A stretch of DNA of 64,000 nt from a virus (lineage: Duplodnaviria; Caudoviricetes): IMG/VR virus record IMGVR_UViG_2840851631_000003, positions 2,429 to 66,428 of that record; one strand, 5' to 3'. Shown in pieces: positions 1 through 10,500 of the stretch. The notes beneath the pieces were generated by a model. The model worked only from the letters and a program-made list of their open reading frames with translations, was not told where the DNA came from and did no database searches. Each line of letters begins with the position of its first letter. The first letter of the stretch is position 1. A program made the position numbers and the translations under genes.

Positions 1-84
1 CCATCGCCCCGTCGCCCAATTGACACACAATCCGCGCATCACTCGCTGTAAATTTGCGTAATACGCGCATCGTTGCCATGCTGA

Positions 85-336
85 TTGCAAATTCAGGAGC
101 AATCCGCCATGCGCCTCTATCTCTCCCCTGACCGCTACTACGCTATCGCTATCCAGCTGGACCTGTTCGACAGACCGGTGATCGTGCGCGCCTGGGGTGG
201 TCGCGGGAGCCGGCGCGGCGGCATGGCGACGGAACCATTCAGCACAGCGCGGCTCAAGGACATTGATCGCCTCCGGCGGCTGCATGGCTATGTCGCCACA
301 GTCATGCACACCAGAAACATGCGACCAAGCTTTTAA
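85..336 (+). CDS. WGR-domain-like small protein
   Basis: RYYAIAIQLDLFD...VRAWGGRG resembles the WGR motif (DLFG...WGRIG). Confidence 0.65.
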   Translation: MQIQEQSAMRLYLSPDRYYAIAIQLDLFDRPVIVRAWGGRGSRRGGMATEPFSTARLKDIDRLRRLHGYVATVMHTRNMRPSF

Positions 337-1145
337 GCCAATATTGCAGTGATCAAGGCTAGGTCATCTACACGAATAAAGATTTTCCCACCCACTGACT
401 GTGCAAGCTCACCAATCACTAAAACATACGCTCCGGATAGGGCTTCATTATCTTCCACGCGAAATCGGCGGAAAAATTCGTTTTGCAATTCGTACGGAAG
501 GCAGACACTTACATCTCCTCTTCCGCCGCTGTTAATCCATACAGCCCCCCGACCGTCATTTGCATCGGAGACCATTCCCCAGAATCCACGGTACTGTCCT
601 AGCCTATCTTCGCGAGCCTGATCGAACGGCACAAAAAAATCCCGGACACGCGTCACCCCCCTCGGCATCTCCAGTTCTTGTTCTGACTGACTAAATCCGG
701 GATTATGAATCAAATTACGCAACAGCCCGCTCAGCCGCCTTACCATGCGCGCTTCGGGCCTCCCCCCTACTCCGAGGAATCGACCTCCCCGGCCTCCTCT
801 TCCGCCCTCGTCGACGGGATCGATATGTGGCGCCGGGGGCGCGGCACCATAATCCAGGTCGAGGACAATTCGGCCTCCGGGATTTACAAGCTCATCCTGA
901 TCAGGGCCCAGGTTCCCATTGAATCTAATAGCATCGGCAGCCGCGGCCCCACAACCAGGACCGTGCGGTCTGGCACCAAAGCAAGCAGCTTGCCCACTTC
1001 TAGACCTCTTTCTAAAGAAGCCAGGCCGGCGACATTCAACGCAAACCAGCCTCCTCCGCTTTTCTTCCAGCTCCGCCGCAGGAAGTCTTGCAAACTGAAC
1101 CGCTGTGTAGGTATTCCCATCAACCAAGCATATTGCATTGTCCAT
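333..1145 (-). CDS. Hypothetical protein with N-terminal Cys/His cluster
   Basis: 270-aa ORF with CVEC...C...H...C; no family recognised. Confidence 0.7.
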   Translation of the reverse strand: MDNAICLVDGNTYTAVQFARLPAAELEEKRRRLVCVECRRPGFFRKRSRSGQAACFGARPHGPGCGAAAADAIRFNGNLGPDQDELVNPGGRIVLDLDYGAAPPAPHIDPVDEGGRGGRGGRFLGVGGRPEARMVRRLSGLLRNLIHNPGFSQSEQELEMPRGVTRVRDFFVPFDQAREDRLGQYRGFWGMVSDANDGRGAVWINSGGRGDVSVCLPYELQNEFFRRFRVEDNEALSGAYVLVIGELAQSVGGKIFIRVDDLALITAILA

Positions 1146-1252
1146 AGCACATTTACCATTTTATCAATGTGGTGAATGTCATATGCATCCAATGGTTGGT
1201 TTTTCAATCCATAAACAAAAAACTTTTCCAACTTCTACGGGATATAGTAATT

Positions 1253-1270
1253 TGAATTTGTACAAATTCA
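1253..1270. promoter_or_regulatory. Perfect 18-bp palindrome upstream of umuD (putative operator)
   Basis: TGAATTTGTACAAATTCA is its own reverse complement and ends 11 nt before the umuD ATG. Confidence 0.65.
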
Positions 1271-1281
1271 TGTAGACGGCT

Positions 1282-1707
1282 ATGTTACCCATCCCATCAC
1301 TAATTCCCAAGCCTGGCGGCCAGCCGCTGCCGCTCGTGTTGTCGCCTGTGCGGGCCGGCTTCCCCTCGCCCGCCGACGACTACCTCGACGACAGCATCAA
1401 CCTGCACGACTACCTCGTGACCGACCCGCCGGCGACGTTCATCGTCCGTGTGCGCGGCGACTCCATGATCGGCGCCGGCATTGCCGCCGGCGACCTGCTG
1501 GTCGTGGATAAGGGGCTGACGGCAAACCATGGGGACATAGTGATCGCTGTGCTCGACGGCGAGTTCACCGTCAAGCGTCTGCACCGCATGCGCGGTCGCT
1601 GCGCGCTGATCGCCGAGAACCCGGCCTACCCTCCTATCCAGCTGGCCGATGGCCAGGAACTGGAGATATGGGGCGTGGTGCGCGGCTGCGTGAAACGGTT
1701 CCGCTGA
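1282..1707 (+). CDS. umuD: UmuD/ImpA-family S24 peptidase, DNA polymerase V subunit
   Basis: [12 protein letters not shown] cleavage-site region, GDSM catalytic Ser, FTVKRL catalytic Lys. Confidence 0.95.
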   Translation: MLPIPSLIPKPGGQPLPLVLSPVRAGFPSPADDYLDDSINLHDYLVTDPPATFIVRVRGDSMIGAGIAAGDLLVVDKGLTANHGDIVIAVLDGEFTVKRLHRMRGRCALIAENPAYPPIQLADGQELEIWGVVRGCVKRFR

Positions 1708-2963
1708 TGTTCGCCCTGGTCGACGGCAACACCTTCTATGCGTCCTGTGAGCGGGTGTTCCGGCCCGACCTCGCCGGCAGGCCCATCGTGGTGCTGAGCA
1801 ACAACGACGGCTGCGTGGTGGCCGCCAGCGCCGAGGCCAAGGCTTTGGGCCTGAAAATGTTCGGGCCATTCTTCGAGATCGCCGGGCTCTGCCGGCGGCA
1901 CAAGGTGGCGGTATTCAGTTCGAACTACGCGCTCTACGGTGATATGAGCAACCGCATGATGCGCGTGCTGTCCGAGTTCGCCGCGGGCCAAGAGGTCTAT
2001 TCCATCGACGAATGCTTCCTGGCGATGGATGGCATGTCGGATCTGGACAGCCACGGTCATCGCATCCGGCAAGCTGTGCTGCAGCGGGTCGGCATCCCGA
2101 CATGCGTCGGGTTCGGCACATCGAAAACCCTGGCAAAGCTCGCCAACCGAGTGGCGAAGAAGCGGCCAGAATGGGGCGGCGTGTTCGCATGGGACTGGCT
2201 GAGTGAGGCCGAGGCTGACACGCTGATGGAGCAAATGCCTGTTGGCGACATCTGGGGCATCGGCGGCCGGCTGACTGAAAAACTCGGTGCGATGGGCATC
2301 ACCACCGCACTGGACCTGAAGCGGGCTGATCCGCGGCGGATCAAGCGGCAGTTTTCGGTCGTGGTGGAGCGAACGGTGCAGGAACTGAACGGCGTGTCAT
2401 GTCTGGTGCTGGAGGACGTGGCGCCGACGAAGCAACAGATCATCGCATCGCGCTCGTTCAGCGAAAAAGTCACCGACCTGGCCACCCTGGCTGCTTCTGT
2501 TGCTCACCATGCCGCCCGCGGCGCTGAGAAGCTTCGCCAGCAGCGCAGCGTGGCCAAGCTGGTAGCAGTACAGATCATGACCAGCCCGTTTGCCGACACG
2601 CCACAATACCGGCCCTATATCGTCGTGCCACTTGTTCAGCCCAGCAACGACACGCTGCTGATCACCAGGGCGGCGCTGGCCGGCCTGCGCCACGTCTACC
2701 GACCGGGCTTCCGCTATCACAAAGCCGGCATCATGTTGATGGAAATCGGCGACGAAAGAGTGCAGCAGTCGGATCTGTTCGCCGCACCGCCAGACCCGCG
2801 CCGCGAGCGGTTGATGGCCACCATGGACAAGATCAACAGAGACTGGGGGCGCGGCACGCTGCGCACCGCCGCCGAGCAACTGACTGCGGACTGGCACATG
2901 CGACAAGATCTGCGCTCGTCGTGCTATACAACGCGGCTGGATGAGTTGCTGACTGTAGGATAA
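1707..2963 (+). CDS. umuC: Y-family DNA polymerase V catalytic subunit
   Basis: [35 protein letters not shown]; TGATG overlap with umuD places the start at 1707. Confidence 0.95.
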   Translation: MFALVDGNTFYASCERVFRPDLAGRPIVVLSNNDGCVVAASAEAKALGLKMFGPFFEIAGLCRRHKVAVFSSNYALYGDMSNRMMRVLSEFAAGQEVYSIDECFLAMDGMSDLDSHGHRIRQAVLQRVGIPTCVGFGTSKTLAKLANRVAKKRPEWGGVFAWDWLSEAEADTLMEQMPVGDIWGIGGRLTEKLGAMGITTALDLKRADPRRIKRQFSVVVERTVQELNGVSCLVLEDVAPTKQQIIASRSFSEKVTDLATLAASVAHHAARGAEKLRQQRSVAKLVAVQIMTSPFADTPQYRPYIVVPLVQPSNDTLLITRAALAGLRHVYRPGFRYHKAGIMLMEIGDERVQQSDLFAAPPDPRRERLMATMDKINRDWGRGTLRTAAEQLTADWHMRQDLRSSCYTTRLDELLTVG

Positions 2964-2964
2964 A

Positions 2965-3351
2965 TTACACCAATACTTGAAAGGCACACACGGCTGCAAT
3001 TGAGCCAATTAAAAAACAAAACAAACTGAAAAGACAAGAATATATTGCCCAATTTAGATATTTTGAATGCTTCCCGCCCCGGCCCATCGATTCATTGAAA
3101 AGTCTTAACTGGGTAAGGTAGCTTAGTACAAAGCAAACACCATATAAAAACAATCCAACAACATAAGCCGCCATGGCAAAACGCAAGTCTGGCACTTTAC
3201 CTATTTTTGAAGAAATATTGCCCAAAAAAGCCAAAATAGAGACAGCCGCCCCTCCATTCAAAAGGCCAAGGACTTTTATTCCTTCGGTCGAAATTGATAT
3301 TAATGACTTGTACGTTTCTACTGCGTGCTCTTTCTCAATGCCTGGAATCAT
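2965..3351 (-). CDS. AT-rich membrane protein (moron)
   Basis: 128 aa with 3-4 hydrophobic segments; visibly AT-richer than its flanks. Confidence 0.7.
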   Translation of the reverse strand: MIPGIEKEHAVETYKSLISISTEGIKVLGLLNGGAAVSILAFLGNISSKIGKVPDLRFAMAAYVVGLFLYGVCFVLSYLTQLRLFNESMGRGGKHSKYLNWAIYSCLFSLFCFLIGSIAAVCAFQVLV

Positions 3352-3965
3352 TATTTCACCCCAGAAGTTGCAACGAACGCATCATCAGAAAAGGGAATTA
3401 TAATACGTCTGGCAAACTCAGGGTCACGAAAGCTAAGCCATTCATCATAGTCGGATCGCGAAATTACAACCAAGCTACGCTTTTCATCGCCGGGCTTGTG
3501 CATGCGCTTCATTAGCGGGTGCTCGTCTGCGTTGATTGTGATCTGCGTAAATGCGTAGCTGGTCGAGCCCTCCGGCTCCTGCCACTCACGCCACATGCCT
3601 GCCACGGCAAACGGCTCGCCGCCGGCCATTCCGATCCGCATGCGCACCGCCTTGCCCGTCTCGTAGCAAGGCTCGAAAAAGGCTTGCATCGGAACCAGAC
3701 AAAGCTGGCACTTGCGCCAAGCCGCCTTGTACGTCGGCTTCTCCCCGATTGTCTCGGCGCGAGCGTTCATGGTTGTGAGACGGACGCCGGGCGGTAGGTG
3801 GCGCTTAGGAACGAAACCATAAGACGCTAGCCGCAACCCATCGCGGGTGATGATCGGCGCAGCGTAGTCCTGCCAACATTCTGGCCGCCAAAGATCGTCG
3901 CCGACCTCATAGCCAAAGTACTGACGGATCTGCTGCGCCGTGGGTGGGGTGAAGTTTACGCACAT
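3351..3965 (-). CDS. SOS response-associated peptidase (SRAP/YedK/HMCES family)
   Basis: Start re-set to MCVNF (catalytic Cys2); NARAET, FFEP and HPLMKRMHKPGDEKR motifs. Confidence 0.9.
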   Translation of the reverse strand: MCVNFTPPTAQQIRQYFGYEVGDDLWRPECWQDYAAPIITRDGLRLASYGFVPKRHLPPGVRLTTMNARAETIGEKPTYKAAWRKCQLCLVPMQAFFEPCYETGKAVRMRIGMAGGEPFAVAGMWREWQEPEGSTSYAFTQITINADEHPLMKRMHKPGDEKRSLVVISRSDYDEWLSFRDPEFARRIIIPFSDDAFVATSGVK

Positions 3966-3981
3966 GCACAAAGCATAGCAG

Positions 3982-4461
3982 CTACTGCGCGGCGCGATCA
4001 CTTCCCACTATTGCTTGGCAGGCAGCGAGCTGCCGGACAACGTCGTCGGCTTCTGCGGCAAGTCGGAGAGCATCGTCTCCATGCGCCGCAGAAAAGTCGG
4101 CTGGCGCGGTACCATCACGCTGGCCGGCGCCGGCGGTAACTGCGGGCAGATCGCCGCGCCCGGCGGCGGGTTGTTGCTGGCGCAGCCGGAGAGCAGCAGC
4201 ATGGCGAGCCAGGGCAGCCTGAAGTTCCAATTTCCCATCTTCCAAATCCTTTTCGTAGGCGGCCGCCGTGGCCGCGTCATCTGCTGCCGCTTGATGCTCA
4301 CGCGCCCGGGCGGCCTGGGTGGCAGCGGCCAGCTGCTGGGCCTGACTGGCGCGCGCCACCGCAGCGTCGCGCTGGGCGATCACGGCCCGCATCTCCCAGC
4401 CCAGAAAAGCCAAGGCCGCCAGCGCCGAGGCCAGCACAATCCCCTTCCACGACATGATCAT
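3982..4461 (-). CDS. Rz-like inner-membrane spanin
   Basis: N-terminal TM plus Ala-rich coiled coil, last gene of the lysis cassette. Confidence 0.8.
   Translation of the reverse strand: MIMSWKGIVLASALAALAFLGWEMRAVIAQRDAAVARASQAQQLAAATQAARAREHQAAADDAATAAAYEKDLEDGKLELQAALARHAAALRLRQQQPAAGRGDLPAVTAGAGQRDGTAPADFSAAHGDDALRLAAEADDVVRQLAACQAIVGSDRAAQ
4008..4238 (-). CDS. Rz1-like outer-membrane lipoprotein spanin embedded in Rz
   Basis: Alternate frame inside Rz: MGNWNFRLPWLAMLLLSGC lipobox followed by a Pro-rich stretch. Confidence 0.75.
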   Translation of the reverse strand: MGNWNFRLPWLAMLLLSGCASNNPPPGAAICPQLPPAPASVMVPRQPTFLRRMETMLSDLPQKPTTLSGSSLPAKQ

Positions 4462-4712
4462 CCCCCTCCCTTGGCTTTGGCCAGGACGGAGACGCCCGCC
4501 CAGATAGCCGCCAGCAGTCCGACCACGATGCCGCCGGCCAGCGCCTTCAGGATGGCGTCGCTGATCCCATCCACTCTCTTCGCCAGCCGGACAGCGTCGT
4601 CAACGCCAGCCTCGTCCAGCGCCTGGCGCGCGCCCTGCTTTGCCGCCGCTTCCAGCAGCTCCCGGAACTCCTCGCGCGGCAGCACAACTTCATCACCCAT
4701 TTCATTCTCCAA
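4458..4712 (-). CDS. Small single-TM lysis-region protein (possible holin/antiholin)
   Basis: 84 aa with a C-terminal TM, between endolysin and Rz. Confidence 0.6.
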   Translation of the reverse strand: MENEMGDEVVLPREEFRELLEAAAKQGARQALDEAGVDDAVRLAKRVDGISDAILKALAGGIVVGLLAAIWAGVSVLAKAKGGG

Positions 4713-5316
4713 AATAGGCCCGGTACTTCGGGCGCCGAACGATCATCACGTTGCGAACATGTGTGTTGGTGATATCGGCGAAGGACTGGCCGTAGCCGGT
4801 CTGCCGGCGCGCGGACTGCCCGCTGGTCCGCTCCAGCCCGCCGAACCAGCTGCCGGGGGCGCAGCCATCGGTGTTGGCGCAGCGCCGACGTCGCTGCAGC
4901 ACAGACCCAAGGCCGGAATTGTAGGCGGCATCCATCATCGCCAACCTGTCCTCGCCTTCGGCCCAGCGTATCAGCCGATAGTTGTCGCGGTTCTTCAGCA
5001 CCATCGCCGTCAGCTGGTAGCGCGGATCGAAAGCATTCTGCCAGCCCCATCCGCGCAGCTCCGGATGGCGGGCTGCCATTTCCCGGATCGCGTCGAAGCG
5101 CACGCTGCCGTCCGCCCGATACGCCTTGGTGAACTGGCCCAGCCCAGCGCCGTATTCGCGGGAGGTCTTCAGCACCGCCCGCTCGCGCCAGCCGCTTTCC
5201 TGCTCCACCTGCGCCGCCAGCACCGAGCGAGACGGCATGTCCGGCCAGTGCTGAGCCACCGCCACGCTCAGCAGCGGCAGCAGGGCCAGCGCGCCGGCGC
5301 TCAGCCCCGCAGCCAT
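4702..5316 (-). CDS. Endolysin, lytic transglycosylase (SLT-like), hydrophobic N-terminus
   Basis: AQVEQESGW catalytic Glu, GLGQF, AAYNSGLG. Confidence 0.85.
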   Translation of the reverse strand: MAAGLSAGALALLPLLSVAVAQHWPDMPSRSVLAAQVEQESGWRERAVLKTSREYGAGLGQFTKAYRADGSVRFDAIREMAARHPELRGWGWQNAFDPRYQLTAMVLKNRDNYRLIRWAEGEDRLAMMDAAYNSGLGSVLQRRRRCANTDGCAPGSWFGGLERTSGQSARRQTGYGQSFADITNTHVRNVMIVRRPKYRAYFGE

Positions 5317-5591
5317 AGCACACCGCCAATCACCACAGCAGCCATGAACAGTCGGTCGGCCAGTACCACCAGAGCGGCGCCGGTGGGCGCATGTAGCGCG
5401 ATGTCGGCGGCCTCCGACACATCGACATGGAACAGCGCTTTGCGGAGCAGCAGCGCCACGCCCACCAGCACCGGCAGAGCCAGGCCCAACTGCAGCCAGG
5501 TCTGCGCGATGACGGAGTCGATCCAGTACAGCGCCAGCGTTGCCGGCAGGATGAGGAAGTAGATTCGGTAGTCGTGCAGTTTTTTCAGCAT
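5301..5591 (-). CDS. Putative holin
   Basis: 96 aa starting MLKKLHDY, three hydrophobic segments, directly upstream of the endolysin. Confidence 0.65.
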   Translation of the reverse strand: MLKKLHDYRIYFLILPATLALYWIDSVIAQTWLQLGLALPVLVGVALLLRKALFHVDVSEAADIALHAPTGAALVVLADRLFMAAVVIGGVLWLRG

Positions 5592-5608
5592 GATTGCTCC
5601 TGAATGAA

Positions 5609-5899
5609 TCAGGGCCGGATTTGCCGGCCCTGGTAGATCGCTCTCGCGTTGTTGATCAGCACCGCGGTGTATGTCACCACGAGAATCGCGTATGCCGGCC
5701 ATGGTGGTCGCAGCCACCAGCACGCGGCCAGCAGCGCGAACTTGGTCAGCAGCAGCGCGGGCAACACGCCGACGCGGCCCATCGCGCGCGCCAGCCAGCC
5801 GTTTGCCTCGTGGCCGATGCCGGTGCGCAGGGCATAGCAGGTGCTGGCGATGTCCAGCAGCTGCTGGATGGCGACGATGATCATCAGCATGCGCATCAC
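5609..5899 (-). CDS. Membrane protein (DUF5658-like)
   Basis: LLDIAST...G..GHEAN pattern with several TM segments. Confidence 0.55.
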   Translation of the reverse strand: MMRMLMIIVAIQQLLDIASTCYALRTGIGHEANGWLARAMGRVGVLPALLLTKFALLAACWWLRPPWPAYAILVVTYTAVLINNARAIYQGRQIRP

Positions 5900-6213
5900 G
5901 ACGCATTCCCCGCCGAGGCAGTCGCGAGTTGCGCGCGCAGGTCAGCGATTTCCACGTCGCGCGCCTGCAGCTGCTGCCTCAGCGCCTCGACCTCGGCCAG
6001 GGCGTTGATATTGAGTGCGGTGGCGATGTTGCCCAGCTGCTGTCCGGCGGCGCCGGCCAGCAGTGCCACCGGCTGGGCCATACCGGTCTCCGTTCGACTC
6101 TCGCCAGTCAATGCGTTTTTCGCCTCGGCGGCATAGATCACATGCGCGCCGGCGATGCCGGTAGGCGTGCCGCGCACCAGGAATTCATACAGATACAGAT
6201 CGGGGTTGCTCAT
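5896..6213 (-). CDS. Hypothetical phage protein
   Basis: 105-aa ORF in operon context with a C-terminal coiled coil. Confidence 0.7.
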   Translation of the reverse strand: MSNPDLYLYEFLVRGTPTGIAGAHVIYAAEAKNALTGESRTETGMAQPVALLAGAAGQQLGNIATALNINALAEVEALRQQLQARDVEIADLRAQLATASAGNAS

Positions 6214-6221
6214 ATGGCCCT

Positions 6222-6995
6222 CTAGAGATCAGTTAGCGTAGGAACGCGCCAGGACTGGCCGTTGCTGAAAACGTGTGTTGGTCCGCTCGGGCTGTCGGTA
6301 ATGTATGCAATTCCTGCTGGCCACAAACTGGCGGCTGGCAACGTCGCCCGCGTATATGAGCCTAGAGCGACGAGCCCGCGCGCCAGGACGTGGCCGTCGC
6401 GGTGCAGCGTCACATTCGGAGCGCCAGTCGGACTCGCAACTGCGAACGTGCCATCCCCCAGCATTTCGAACACGGCGTCGCCCTGAGATGCCGTTGCGCC
6501 ATTTGCCACACGAAACTGCACTGTCGCTGATGAGCCGTCATAATTGCGGGCATGAACCATGCAGTTTGCCAGGTAGCGGGCTGGCGAATCAGCTCGCCAC
6601 AGGGTGTAGGCTGAATCGTTACGCGGGCAGAATAGTGACAGAAACGACCCCGCGGAGCGCCACTGCGCGAAACCCGACCCAATATCCGCCGTCTGCCGCA
6701 GACTGCCATTGTTGCTGCCAGTAAATGAGAACTGGCCCGACACAACGCCGCCGATGGGCGTCAGTGCATCGGTGATGCCGTAACCTGCCAGCGTGGTGGC
6801 CTTGTCCACCTTGCTCGCCAGCGCGCCGGAAATAGCCCGCCAGCTCGGCACCTGCCGTGTGCTGCCGTCCTCCGCCATGATGGTCGCCGTGTCCGAGGCC
6901 GGGTCGAACACGTTCCAGTAGCTACGCTGGGTGACATACCAGATTTGCTGCATTTTCCCCAGCTGGGCCGCTAGGCCCGCCCAATCGTCAGCCAT
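6222..6995 (-). CDS. Putative tail fibre / receptor-binding protein
   Basis: KATTLAGYGITDA fibre repeat; position downstream of J. Confidence 0.7.
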   Translation of the reverse strand: MADDWAGLAAQLGKMQQIWYVTQRSYWNVFDPASDTATIMAEDGSTRQVPSWRAISGALASKVDKATTLAGYGITDALTPIGGVVSGQFSFTGSNNGSLRQTADIGSGFAQWRSAGSFLSLFCPRNDSAYTLWRADSPARYLANCMVHARNYDGSSATVQFRVANGATASQGDAVFEMLGDGTFAVASPTGAPNVTLHRDGHVLARGLVALGSYTRATLPAASLWPAGIAYITDSPSGPTHVFSNGQSWRVPTLTDL

Positions 6996-7224
6996 TTTCC
7001 ACGTCCTCCAATGAATCAGCCCCGCCGGATGGTATCTGGCGGGGCTTCGGGAAATTTGTTTTTACTGCCCTGATGCGGTCCAGCATCTGCCGCATCTCGT
7101 CGTTGAGCAGCTCCGGCGGCAGGCTGGCAACCCAACGCCACAACACGTCCCATTGATCACCCAGCGGCGGGTACTGCGATTTGCGCGCGGCGCGGTGGTC
7201 TCCGCAGTGATGGATCTGCATCAT
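6988..7224 (-). CDS. Hypothetical tail-associated protein
   Basis: Start re-set to MMQIHH; R...YPPLGDQWDVLW motif typical of fibre-associated small genes. Confidence 0.6.
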   Translation of the reverse strand: MMQIHHCGDHRAARKSQYPPLGDQWDVLWRWVASLPPELLNDEMRQMLDRIRAVKTNFPKPRQIPSGGADSLEDVENG

Positions 7225-7583
7225 GTCGCAACCTCGAACAGAGTTGATTGCATCGGCCATGCGTCGACCTGAACGTGGTGCAGCCCCGGCAGCGAAAACG
7301 ACAGCTCGCACTCGGTGTCGTCGCAGTCGTACAGCGCGCCATCCAGCATCAGCACGCATGGGGCCGGCAAGTCGCGCAGCACCATGCCGTCCAGCCGCGC
7401 AGGGTTCGACGGCCGCAGTGCGACATCACCGTCTACGATGTACTGCGTCAGCGGGTCCGCCTCGCCCTGCAGCAGCGGTTTGCCCAGCGCAAACTCAACC
7501 TCGACGTTCTCGCGCGGCGCGACGCCGGTCTGCAGAATGCGGCCGGTCCCATCCTCGTACTCGATAATGCTGATTTTCTCCAT
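7221..7583 (-). CDS. Hypothetical tail-associated protein
   Basis: 120-aa ORF translationally coupled to its neighbours. Confidence 0.7.
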   Translation of the reverse strand: MEKISIIEYEDGTGRILQTGVAPRENVEVEFALGKPLLQGEADPLTQYIVDGDVALRPSNPARLDGMVLRDLPAPCVLMLDGALYDCDDTECELSFSLPGLHHVQVDAWPMQSTLFEVAT

Positions 7584-7591
7584 GCCTCCCC

Positions 7592-10500
7592 CTATCGTCG
7601 ATACAGCACCGCACCGTAACGAACCTGGCCATTCGCGCTGTAACCGCCGATGCTATCTACGCCGACAGTAACGGTCTCGCCAGCAGACACATCAAGCACC
7701 AGCACGCCGCTACCATTGCCGATCCCTACGGCTCTCCCTCGAGCCCGCAGCGTAATACTCGGGAATGGCGCATCACCAAACACGAGCAATGTGCCTCGAT
7801 CACTGCAGTAAAACGAGAATGCATAATTCCAACCAGCCGCCTGCCAACCGCTCATCGTCACCGTCCGGGTATCGTTTTTGCTAACCGCCTCGCCCTTGAT
7901 TTGCAGGGTGTCAACCTGCAGGTTACGGATGTACGATGCGTCCATGCCGTTCATGCTGACGATGACGCTACCGAGCGAGTCGCGGATGGTCATGCCGCGA
8001 GTGTCGATCTGCCCGACCGTCAACAGCCCCTTGATGTACCCGGCGCCCATGCCCGTCATGTCGACCACGACATTGCCGGCCATGTCCCTGATCGTCAGGC
8101 CTCGACTGTTGATCTGCCCGGCATCCACCGAGCCGTCTACCAGTACGCGCCGACCGACCAGCGAGCCGTCGGCAATCAGGTCGCCAGCCAGGCCCAACGC
8201 CGGCCGCCCGTTGATGCTGGCGACGATGAACACCTGACGCGTTCCGTTACCATCCGGCTGAGACACAACAAACCGGTCAGCCAGAAAATCGACCGCGCTG
8301 CCATTCGGATCAGTCCGCAAGCCGATGCCGGCGACCTTCCCCGAAGAGTTCAACTTGATGATTTTCTCGGCCACCACGCCGTCTACCGTCCGGCTGATCT
8401 CCTGTAGGCTGGCCGTGTGGTTGCCGACCGTGGTCTGCATCGTCCCGACTCGCTCTGTCAGCGCCGAGTAAGCCGCGGCGCGCGCTGCGGACTCCTCCAC
8501 GATTCCGGCGGCGGCGGCATCCACCCGGGCGGCCAACAGCAGCCGCTCGGTGGCCTCCTGCCGCAGGCTGTCGCCCAGCGTGCTGAGCTGGCGCTTGGCG
8601 AACGCGTAGTGGTTGCCCTGCGTGCTGCGGATCTCCTCCGCCGTCAGCATCTGCTGCATCTGCGCCTGGATCAGCGAGTTCACGCTCCCCTGGACGCCCA
8701 CGGCCTGCTCGATGGGCGTGCGCAGCGACTCCTGCAGCTGAGCCGATGTGATGCTGTCCTTGAGCTGATCCAGCAGCACCCCAGGGTCTTTAACTGTTTG
8801 CGCCTGAGCCTGAACAAAGGCGCTGGGATTCCCCCAGGTGTCGTACACGCGCAGCCAGAAGTAATAGGTCACCCCGAGCGGAAGTCCCTGCCAACTGAAC
8901 GCAGAAGTTGGATAAGCAAAGTCGAGCTTGGGCGGATTGGAATCACCTGCCGTGGTGCTGTAGAAAAGCTCCGCCCTTGAGATGTCCGGCCGCCCTGCTG
9001 GATACGTCCACGAGAGGTCGATCTTCATCGCCCCGCCCACCGCCGTCAGCGTTGGAGCCGGAGGCGCAGTCACCTGCCCTCGCGTCTGCTGGTTGCCAGT
9101 TACAGGGATGCTGACGACACCGGTCACCGATACCGTCGACACCCGGACATCGTAATTGCCCGGCACCACGTCCACGATTTCAGCGTGGTTGCTGACTTGG
9201 TCCGGCAGAGTAATCCAGTTCCCGCCATTCTGCCGGTAGGTCACCCGGTAGCTACGCAAATACGGGTGAACGACCGCCGGCCAGTCCACCAGCAGCTTGA
9301 CCTTCCTGCCGCCCTCTGGCGTCAGGTGTGGCTGCTCCTGCAGTTGAACAGCCAGGACTGGCGGCATCGCGCCGGGGTCTGGCAGATTGCTCGTCGGCGC
9401 CGGGTCGAAGCGAAGGCCGGTCTCGATGGCCGCCCACTTGTTCGGATCGTACTGCAGGCCCGAGATTTCGAACTCGCCATTGTCCACCGACTTGATGGAA
9501 ACGCAGGTCCACAGGTCCGGCTGCAGATTGGTCGCGATCAGCACCCAGGCGGCACCGGCAACCGGCTGGGCCGGGTACGGCGAAACGATGCTAAGGGTGT
9601 CGGTCGTGCCCGGCGGCGCGACTACGCCGCGACGAACCGGCACGCCGTCAGGCCCTGTAACCTCCAGCGTGTAGGTCACACCCGATTGCAGCGTAACCGG
9701 CGCATCCAATTTGACTGCCGTGCCGGCGACCGACACCACTCGGCCGCCCATCCGCGCACCGGCAACGTGGAAGTCGGACGTCGAGAACAGGTCGCCAGGC
9801 TGCAGGTCAGCGCCGTAGGCTGCTGCTTTGAACGTCACCATCTCGGTGCAGCGCTGCGCAGTTTCCAGAATGTATCGACCGCAGCGGCGCGCCTGGCCGC
9901 GCGTAACCGCGCCCATCGCCACTGCGGAGGTCTGCTGCAGCCCGTAGGTCAGCAGCCCCTGGCCGTGTTCGGCGTACTCCACCGCGCGCCGATAGCGGTC
10001 GCTCGGATCAGTCCACGCCACGGCCGCCGCAGTGAAGCGCCCATTCTTCGGCGTGGAAGAATAGGTGAATTTGCCATCAATGACGTTGGTCGCGTTGAAG
10101 TGCTTGACCAGCTGCTTGCCAGGCATGTCTGCCACAATCCGAATGCCGCCGGCGGACCAGTAGGCCTGGCCGCAGAATGAAGACACGATGTCGGACACGA
10201 CCTTCCAGGCATCCTGCGTGTCCTGCTGGAAGTTGTGGAACTGGAACCGCGGCTCGAACCCGCCGTACCCGTCTGGGACCAACTGGTCGCACCACTGCGC
10301 AATGGCGTACATCCCCCACCGATCCATGTTAGCCGCCGGAATGTTGATGCCGAATCGGTTGTCCGTGCAGTAGGTCCACAGATACCAGACAGGATTACTG
10401 GTCACTGCCGGCTTGAAGTTGCCATCCCATGGGCCGGTATACGTGCGCGCGACCGAGTCGTAATTGCTGGGCACTTGGCACTTCAGCTGCTGCCACAACA

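Noticed and set aside
1-84. attL site at the left edge
   Set aside because: No partner repeat or tRNA is in the window, and the integrase end lies outside it, so this cannot be tested.
4015-5562. 515-aa plus-strand ORF (and similar long antisense ORFs such as 23859-26033, 35207-36646, 56479-57771)
   Set aside because: Shadow frames of well-supported genes in GC-rich DNA, with no recognisable motifs.
7900-8100. Internal repeats near the J C-terminus as a possible DGR target
   Set aside because: They are protein-level RG(L/M)TIRD repeats; no reverse transcriptase or adenine-variant template repeat was seen.
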